A stretch of DNA of 64,000 nucleotides from Tubulanus polymorphus. Taxonomy: Eukaryota; Animalia; Nemertea. Positions 25,401-34,200 of the stretch are shown in pieces. The DNA lies in contig NC_134032.1 in NCBI RefSeq assembly GCF_964204645.1, positions 12,016,275 to 12,080,274 on the forward strand, read 5' to 3'. The first letter of the stretch is position 1. Each line of letters starts with the position of its first letter. Under the pieces are notes generated by a model that ran no database searches, was not told the origin of the DNA, and was given only the letters and a program-made list of their open reading frames with translations. The position numbers and the translations under genes were made by a program.

Positions 25401-26317
25401 CCCTCAAGCGGCCCGCCCCCCTCTTTTTGCCAAGGTAACATTTTGACAAACTGGCTTAAGAAAGTTACACATACACCGTGGCAAGTTATTGTCGGGTATC
25501 TTGTTCTAAAATCACTTAACACTTGCATATGCTCAGATCAGAAAATGATTCATTTTTCAAAATTTTTTGTGCATTAAATCATGATCAGTTTTACTATACT
25601 GGCAGTTATAGGAATGAGAAGATAACCAATTTCATTACATTTTACAAAATTAACTGGCCTATTTGGAGAAACAAAGGTATCATTTTTGTTTAGCCCAAAT
25701 GGAATACTTAGAATGAAAGTAAATTTTTATCAATCTCAAAATAGTTGAATGATTTTCTCTAGGTTTCTCAGTATGTGTTTATACCTCGCCTTTTTCTCTG
25801 TATGGGCAGATTTAGTGTGGTAGTGAAAACCCGGTGCATGAAATAAAACTTCCTTGTTCGTCTGGCGTCGGTTATTTATTGAACTTATTTCATGTCATTA
25901 GCATACGTACAGTTGACTAAAGCATTTTGTACAGGACATTCAGTTTTTTTTCGCGTGAATGGCGTAGATGTTACAAATTCAGCAAAAATAGAATCTGAAT
26001 GCTGAAAATATGAACAAGTATACAAAGTCATGATCGCTGTACTGTAAAGTACTGACCTGATGATATTCATATGTGTCGGATCAATATCAGAAACAAAAGC
26101 TCAGGAAGCCTTGTGTAAGTCTGATCTTTCGGAACCCGAAGAAAAATTATCCGACTTAGAAAAAGTCCGACTTTTGAATGGTAGGATTTCCGGCCTTTTT
26201 CGAAAACTACGACTTGAGAATCAATTTCTGTAAACGGAAAAATTAAAGCAGCATCTACAAGAAGTGATTTAAAAACATCTGACCGAAAAATCTTATATGC
26301 TATTGTATTATTTTTAG

Positions 26318-27329
26318 ATTCAACAAGTGGATTGTTCTAGCCACGTGCCTGGTTTTAACATTTATCATTTGCGGAATGATTAATAAAAAGAAGGGTGTGA
26401 AAATGCGTAGTGTAACCAAAATGATAGAAATGCAACGTGTAAGCAAGATGGAGAGGAAAGTAACCAAAATGATGGAGGGGAATAAAGTATCCAAAATGAC
26501 GGAGACACCGTCGACCAATAGTATGGGGTCTTTACGAGGTATCGAATTCGTTAAAAACAATGCCACATTATGTCGGGGAAACCCCAAAACAGTCGTCGTC
26601 ATCATATCACATTCGGATAACTACAAACAACGGCGGGCGATTCGTGCAACGTGGGGTAAATCGACGAGTGATATTCGGTATGTTTTCTTGCTGGGATTAT
26701 CGCCGGGTCAACGCAGGGAAAAGATCGCGACCGCCGAAGTGGATACACACGGCGATATCGTGCAGATGAATATGGTGGAAATGTATTACAGACTGACGAT
26801 GAAATCGGGGGCTATGGTGAAATGGGTTAATGAATTTTGCCGACACGTGAAATACGTCATCAAAATTGACGATGACATGTATTTAGACGCCGGGCAGTAT
26901 ACGTCGGCGTTAGATGCGCGCGCCGGTCATAATGCATATTTATTGTGTTACTTGGTGAGGAATCCGGGTGTTAACAGAAATCCTAAAAGTAAATTTTATG
27001 TCAGTCGGGAGGATTGGCCGTCATCACGTTTCCCGAATTATTGTTCCGGTACCGGGTACGGTTTCACGGCGAAAATAATTCCCGATATGTGGAAAACGGC
27101 TCTAGAAACTAAACTGATGAACAACGAAGACGTCTGGTTAACGGGTGTTGTAGTTAGTAAAATGAAAGGTGTAAAACGAATTGACGATCGTCGCATCAAT
27201 TTGACATCTCGCGCGAGGAACTGGTGCGAATCGAAAGATTACATTACGACGCACAGACTAAGCCCTCAAAATCTGATGGATATATGGAAAGATAAATTAT
27301 CCGGGAAGACTTGCCCTCCGAAAAAGTAA
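26318..27329 (+). CDS. Beta-1,3-galactosyltransferase (GT31 family), type II membrane protein; the short first coding exon upstream is not firmly located
   Basis: After acceptor ttttag (26317) the frame reads FNKWIVLATCLVLTFIICG (TM), then RRAIRATWG, VFLLG, HGDIVQ, LTMKS, YVIKIDDDMY, SKFYVS...FPNYCSGTGY, NEDVWLTG. A candidate M-V-R micro-exon (ATG 25287, weak donor) is unconfirmed. Confidence 0.92.
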
Positions 27330-27960
27330 CATAGAAACCTAGATTTCTCTCGTCACACCGTGTGCCTTATTTCTATTTTCAGCAAAGTAAGAACGAAAGA
27401 ATATTGTCCCTAGAATACAGTAATGTTGATGTAGAGGCAATTATGGTGGTATGAAGATAATACATATCATCAAAAATTAAAGTGGTCCTAATGGATTTTA
27501 GATTTTAGATTTATAGATACATATATCGGAATTTTCCGAGGGCACCGTCGAGAATCCGATAGATCATAAAATAATCCCCTTTTCCTAATCTTCGTTCCAA
27601 ACAAGAAAATTATATAACCTAATAGTTAATTGACGCCTCGAAGAATAACACTGCTTTAGGTAATATTATTGACAATGTATATATGATATCATTTTAATAT
27701 AAATTATATAATGAAAAGGATCATGAAAGTTATTTTGGATTTGAATTTACCCATGTATCGATGGCCGGCAACCAGTCTCACGAGATAATCATTAAAAATC
27801 AATCATAAGTAACACATATTGACAAGAATGGATAATATTGAGGATCGATAAAGCTATATTGGATTTTGAGGAAATCGTAGACCGCTTGCCGCTTCACTCC
27901 GTCGATTATCACGCACGTGGTACAAACCCGGAACTGCTGCAACTCAAACCCACAGGGACT

Positions 27961-28034
27961 CGTATTTGAAGTTTGGGGTGAACTGTAGCTTAGATCATCC
28001 AGTATCTCTGGTACTAAAAAAAATATATCTTTAT

Positions 28035-28101
<67 letters not shown>

Positions 28102-28155
28102 TACCAGGGATACTGGATGATCTAAGCTACAGTTCATCCCCAAACTTCAAATACG
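27961..28155. repeat. 55-bp inverted repeat enclosing a (TA)~31 microsatellite
   Basis: Arms 27961-28015 and 28100-28155 are near-perfect reverse complements. TA run ~28038-28099. Confidence 0.9.
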
Positions 28156-28526
28156 TGGCCACTGTGCTCAAAACGCCAATCGATTGCCAGTTGTCCGGGC
28201 TCAGCTTAGTGAGTTCGAATCCCTTTGCGGGTGATGAAAGAGCGATTTGGGCTCGGTGGCACTAGCGCCAGCGTTGGTTAAATAAAAATGTCATGTGGCT
28301 GTCAGCAATTTCTAGGGGCAGTCTAATTGGGCTGCAGATCAATATGACAGAGTGGTTCCTTTATCAGAATCCTCCCTTGTTCCTACAGAATCTTTCGGAT
28401 GATCGGAAACTAGGTGGAGAAGCAGAAACTAAATCAAGATCAAAATTTCCAGGGATCACAGATGTTATTCTTTATTCTCCATAAAACAAAACAGTTTGAG
28501 AAATCTATTTTCTTATTCAGAGAAAT

Positions 28527-30897
28527 TTACTGCTGTTCACCGCTGGGCATACTTCTAATGATATCACTGTCACCTGTAAATATACAAATAGAATTGACAT
28601 TAGAACAAAATGGATACATCCGGCACTACTTAAACCCCACCTTCCCTGGAATACACAACAGGAACCTCGTTAATTTCTATATTCAGTTCATGGTTTATAT
28701 TCTCAGAAAGATTTAGGTATACATCATCTATTATCAGGCGAAAGATGGTGATTTTGTCTTTCATCATAGAAATATCTTAAACATAACTATTAAAGCTATA
28801 TGTTTTTCATTTTAAATAAGCCTTCATACAATATAAACCAAGCAGGAAACCAATCCAAGGAGAGCAGAAACGGAGGATAAGCCAAGTCTATCCCGGTTCT
28901 GTCTGTTGCTATTCAAATGATTTAAGGTTTCAATGACTAAACTACCGGATCCTGGTGTCAAAAGAGCAGAGGAATAATTTCCCTCGTATAAACGTAACTC
29001 AGACAGAGGTTCGAAATAAAGGATTTTCTTCATAAGAAATAATCGTAACATATTGTCATCATTGTCACTGGTGGAAAAGAATAACACAGGTCGGCCACTT
29101 ATTTCGACTTGCGTAATCCAGGCTTGAACCAATCGATTAACAGTCACATACGTATGACTCAAAACAGAAATTGTTTGTTTTTACACGCGATCTAGCTATT
29201 CCCAAATATCTACGACCTTTTAATTGGGGATCGTTCATTTATTACATATGCATTAGGGGAGGGGTCAGTGCAATTGCGTACTGGGGTGAAAAAGTCAAAT
29301 TTCATGCGTACGCAATAAATGAATGATCCCTTAAGGAAAAGAATTTTCCCAGCTATAACAGTGGCCAGCCTGTATCATTCACAACTGAGATACTGAATCA
29401 TGGTTCAAAAGTGAACGAATAACGTTTCAGATTGTAGCTATGCAACGTGCTGACTGGTTTATCAGTGAAACCAGCAGCATAGCGAGCACAGCCGAGTTTA
29501 ATATCCACAAATGGGAAACGACGACCGAATCACGAAATTGAGACACCGGTCGTAGCTGATTTGTGGAGATTCGACGCGGACGTACGGAATCTCAAAACAT
29601 ACCTGGATCAGTGATGCTGAGCACGCAAACGCGGAAGTATTTACCGCACGACGTTCCCAAATCGATGTTATTGCCGTTGTAATGATGAACGCCGGTCTTC
29701 GCCAACATAGCGTAATATTCGATCTCACTCTTCCTACAAACGGACAAAAAAAAAACCACATCATTCACCATCAGCATCAGAAATAAGCTTTTTTCTAAAC
29801 CCTGTAAGAAACAATCGCGTCATCTACAATTTTGATAAATCTCTGGCACAGACGAGTCCTATTGAAGAGGATTGTCTCGGATATCTTTCAACTTACATCA
29901 GAGAACTGAAACGTGAAATCGCGGGGACACACAATGGACTGGCGGCAATAAACCAGGCTATATAACTATGTGTCTGTTACATGACTTTCTTATTCTTACC
30001 TCTCACCCTGTTCAACTGTGAAACATAAAACAAATTTTTGCATGAAAATGTTCAACGGACTTCATCTTTACCCCAATCTGGGAGCTCCGAAGCCTTTCTA
30101 CGAATACACTTCTTTCTTGTCTACTTTTTTAATTTATCTTCAATTACAGTATAACCCTACACAACTCTTGACCCAGTTCAACGCCTACCTCAAGTAACGA
30201 TTGGCCTCCAATAAAAATTCCCGAGTCCATAATTTAGTAACCGGGCCCAGGGAACTGTATCTTACCAACCACACCAAAAGAATCTTGAAACTGAACATAC
30301 CTTAAAGGTGGGGTGTTGTTAGCGATGATGACAAGTTTAGCTTTTCCTTGACGCAGAGTCTTCAGGGTCTGTTTGTAACCGAGCACGTACTTGCCACTTT
30401 TCATTACCAACGCCAAACGAGAGTTGATGCTCTCGATGGACTTTTTCTGGAAGAATAAAAAAGACGAATGTTATCAACTCCCCGAGCAAACCCATGATTA
30501 GCCAGCAGGAAACAATTGAGTCCGTTGCGCAGGTCTCAACAAATCGAGGGTAAATCATAGGGCTTAGTATATGAACATAACCACACACTTAAAACTGCAG
30601 TCACTAGAATTGATTTAAAAATTTAGTGTAGCCTCATATTAGCGGGGTTATCCTCATTTCAAACCTTTTTACAGGTCGAAAATTGGTGTAAGCTTGACTA
30701 GATTTGTTAATCATAGGCTCAAATCACTTTAGCTGAAGCCACCACATGATTAAAGCTTCCTTTTTCTAATTAAAATATTAAGCGAATAGGAATACAGGTA
30801 ATTAAGTTTATGTTCAATCGAGTATCATTTTGTTTTCTTAGATCAACCGACCGAAATAGGAATTTAAAATCCTTACCGATTTCTTGGTTGGTGCCAT
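28527..30897 (-). CDS. RPL30: 60S ribosomal protein L30 (eL30)
   Basis: Coding exons 30877-30897 (MAPTKKS), 30301-30446 ([29 protein letters not shown]...NNTPPLR), 29603-29733 ([35 protein letters not shown]...DP), 28527-28573 ([15 protein letters not shown]). Non-coding exon ~31063-31097 begins with a pyrimidine TOP-like tract. Confidence 0.98.
28697..28775 (-). ncRNA. SNORD51: Box C/D snoRNA, U51/U32A (yeast snR39/snR59)-like, guide for 28S Am (human Am1511 equivalent)
   Basis: Minus strand: ATATTTCT-ATGATGA(C)-AAGACAAAA-TCACCATCTTTCG-C-CTGA(D')-TAATAG-ATGATG(C')-...-CTGA(D)-GAATAT, with a terminal stem. The 13-nt guide is complementary to conserved LSU CGAAAGAUGGUGA, and the D'+5 rule gives the second A. 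Confidence 0.88.
28994..29068 (-). ncRNA. Box C/D snoRNA with 12-nt complementarity to 18S rRNA (CAGAGGUUCGAA)
   Basis: Terminal stem GTGAC/GTTAC, box C ATGATGA (29056-29062), box D CTGA (28999-29002), 75 nt. Guide TTCGAACCTCTG (29004-29015) lies just upstream of box D. Confidence 0.75.
29226..29335. mobile_element. ~105-bp MITE (Kolobok-like, TTAA-associated); related fragment ~45995
   Basis: GGGATCGTTCATTTATT ... AATAAATGAATGATCCC followed by TTAA. GGGCCATTCATTTATTGCGTAC recurs at ~45995. Confidence 0.6.
29430..29569 (-). ncRNA. Box H/ACA snoRNA with two 28S-complementary pseudouridylation pockets
   Basis: Hairpin 1: TCCACAAAT/ATTTGTGGA and ACGACCG/CGGTCGT. H box ATATTA (29499-29504). Hairpin 2: GCTGTGC/GCATAGC and CTGGTTT/AAACCAG. 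ACA at 29433-29435, 3 nt from the end. ~140 nt. Confidence 0.88.
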
Positions 30898-31084
30898 TTT
30901 ATTTCGTCTTTTTCTCTTCTAATTCGACGTCAAATTATACTGAAATTTAAAAGAGAAGGAACTATTAATATGAACATTATTTCAGTTGTACAAATTTATA
31001 AATTGACACGATAGTTTTCGAGATGAAAGCGGATAAATATCGGGACGAAAATTCAAACACACCTTGACTCAACGTCCACGTTAG

Positions 31085-31256
31085 CTGCAAAGGGATGAGG
31101 ATACGTCACTTCCGACGAGATTGGAGTTGAGTTCCCGCGAGATCTCGCCGCAACATATTTGTTTAAAGATGGCCGCCAGCGACTGACATTCCATCGGAAT
31201 TTCCAAAATTGCGGCAAATTTTATCGAAAAATCGACTCCGAAGGTGACCGTTCACG
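31085..31256. promoter_or_regulatory. Bidirectional RPL30/WDR35 promoter
   Basis: TCT/TOP-like CATCCCTTTG on the minus strand (~31088-31097), ETS-CRE CGGAAGTGACGT (31103-31114, minus), TCCCGCGAGA (31133-31142), YY1-like AAGATGGCCGCC (31166-31177). WDR35 ATG at 31257. Confidence 0.75.
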
Positions 31257-34200
31257 ATGTTTATCTATCTCAGTAAAAAGGTCAGTTGTTGAAGATCTAT
31301 TTCTGCATAAATATTTAATCATTATTTTAGTTTCTCTATGTTTAAACGGCTAAAATTCCGATCTTTATTTACTTCCGGGTTCTCTAAAATCGCACTATTT
31401 ACCGAAAAGACCTGTCGAAGTCGTGTTATACGTCAGTTCTTTTTAAAAATGACTTTGACAAAAAAACTTATTAGTGGGTGCCACTTAATTATCTATGCAA
31501 TATGCTTGCTTGATAAAAGGTCTGTGTGATTCACCTAAAATCCGGGCTAATAATTGAATAAAAAAAGTAAAATGATGAAATGTTAAAACTACGGTACCTT
31601 CCTTGAAGGGTACTCTGTAGAAAAAACTTTTGGTAAACACCCTCGATAAATTCCTGCTAAATAGAAAGTAGAGTTAGGATTCCAAAAAACTAAGTTGTTT
31701 TAGCCCGTTTGATGGGGCTACCCCTAGAGGCCTAATTGCATACATCCTCGCTTGTCAGGTTTTGATTGCTGTAGTATTTATAGAGCAAAAGTCTGGACGG
31801 TAAAAACCGCATCTGATTGGCTAGATATATAGACAGGTGGGCGCTTTGTGGGAACTGTCCGCCCAAGAAGTCTTGGGAGGATGATTGCATATACAGTTTA
31901 CCATTATTCTAATACTTACTACACGCAAGATTTCATGTTTGCCAAGTGCGCCACCTTTTTGCCCGTTATGAAACTCGTATGGATTTTAATTTATAGATCG
32001 CAATTCCGAACAACACGAGATTACGATGTTTATCGTGGAACGGGGAACACGGTTTCATCGCGTGCGGAGGCGAGGACGGCCTGTTGAAAGTTCTCAAATT
32101 AGAAACGCAGCCGGGCAAAGATTCGAAAGCGAAAGGGCTCGCCGCTCCGAGCAACCTGTCGATGAACCAAACGCTCGAAGGGCACAGTGGTAAGTGAGGA
32201 ATTCGCGAATATGAAAATACGCTTAAAAATCTAATAATGAAAAATTGAGTCTGAAATGTCTCCTTGAGTTAACAGTTCATTCCTTGTTTCGACTATATCC
32301 TAATACAGGGGTCCATATGACTCCGTGACATGTTAAAAACTTCTTCTTAACAGAAAATCCTTTTTAAGTTTCTTGAAACTCCTTTCATTTGAGCAAATTG
32401 CTCATAGCTCCTTCAATTTTGAGAAATAGGCAATGAGAAAATTTTGTCTAGTTTGTACAGTAAACTATTCCTAAATCAGTACAGTCACGATCAGGACTTG
32501 TGTTAAAGGGGGTTGCTGGCCGACAAACCGAGTTTCGGTAGTGTTAGGATAAAAGTTATTTTCAAAACCCCTGAGTTAATGGTTTACCGAGGTAAACAGT
32601 ATCAGTTTAGGAGGAGTCTACTATAATTAGGTTGTGAATGTGATACATGTACAGTGAGATGTTTCCTCGAAATTTCAAATTTTCTCTTTTAAAAACTCCT
32701 TGTATCCAGCAATGACTGATCTGTAGGGAGCCTGTTAACTATTAACTCAAAACAAAAAGATTTTGAATTTTTCATCATTAGTGTGTGGGATTTTTACCAT
32801 ATCATGGTTTCAACACGGATAGAATGTTTCATCGAGTAGGCCTATAAAAATTATATGCATAAAAAGAAAAATTTCAAAGATTTTTTTTTTGATGATTTTC
32901 AGGCGCAGTACAGGTGGTCACTTGGAATGAGCATCATCAAAAGTTAACGACCAGTGATCAGTATGGATTGATTATAGTCTGGATGCTTTATAAGGGTAAT
33001 CGGGTTTTTTAATGACCTAGAATAAGCCTCTTTGAGGAATACGCCGTATATTCTAATCGTATGATTTTATTCGTTCAGGTTCGTGGTACGAAGAGATGAT
33101 AAACAATCGTAACAAATCGGTCGTACGCAGCATGTCGTGGAATTCGGAGGGTCAGAAAATCTGCATCGTTTACGAAGACGGTAAGATTGATCGGCAGTTC
33201 GAACGATTCACTATAATTCAACTCTGATTTAACAGCTATCTACTAGAGGGGCTCAGTGTTCTCTGAGGCGTTTTTGTCTAGATGTTGATTTGTCAAATCA
33301 ATTTACCAAAGTAAATTCTGCGCATTTATCTACTCGATTTATCAAATTGATTCGGCTAATCAATGCATTTATTTAAATGATTACTCAAATCGATTTGATA
33401 AATCAAGCAAATTGCTAGTGGAGCGATTTGCTTGATTTGTCGAACTGATTTGAGTAGATTTACATGGAGAGTAAAGATGGCGGAAAAGAATCAGCAGGTC
33501 TCCCAGCACTGGTTGCTAATCCACGCGTTTATCTAACTTCAAATCGATTTATGAAATCAGCGAAACTAGTGGATCTGTAAATCCAAGGCGATTTGCTTGG
33601 ATAAAAACGCTTAGGTTTTAGAGGGCCGGCCACCCCTTTAATTTTTACATGCACCCAGTCTAAAAATCAGCCACCCCTTATAAGATATCTGCTGCCCCTA
33701 CCAGAGTGGATGTCAATATTCTATCAATGGTGATAATTGCTTTGAAGTCTATTGAGCTAATGTGATGAATAGAAGATTACGCCGAAATAAATAATTTTCA
33801 ATTTTTTTGGGGTGGAGATCGAAAGCCTTGCTACTTCAGCAGCCACAATGTTATACACTTAACGATGAATGCAGCCCCTTTAAAATTCCTGGAGCACATT
33901 GGTCGCTCTGTTTACCCGGACCCAGTTCCATAGTTTATGTTCAAGATTTTACTCTAGGTTTAACCCTTTCATGTTGCTAGTATAACACATTTTAATGTAA
34001 ACTCACCCTCAATTGATAACGATTGGTGGTATTCCAGTTGAAGATTGCAATTTCATGATTAACAGAAATCGATACAAGGGAAAAGGGGTGTATAAAAAAC
34101 CTAGCTCGGGCAGGAAATTACATGTATTATAATGTTAAAACATTGAAAATGACTTAGGCTTCTCGTGTATTAATTTGACAGGAGCGGTTATCGTCGGTTC

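Noticed and set aside
27799-28143. ORF with a YIYIYI repeat
   Set aside because: It is simply the translation of the (TA)n microsatellite.
29918-29940. CCATTGTGTGTCCCC resemblance to human SNORA72 (hosted by RPL30)
   Set aside because: Short match with no hairpin-H-hairpin-ACA architecture or 5.8S guide.
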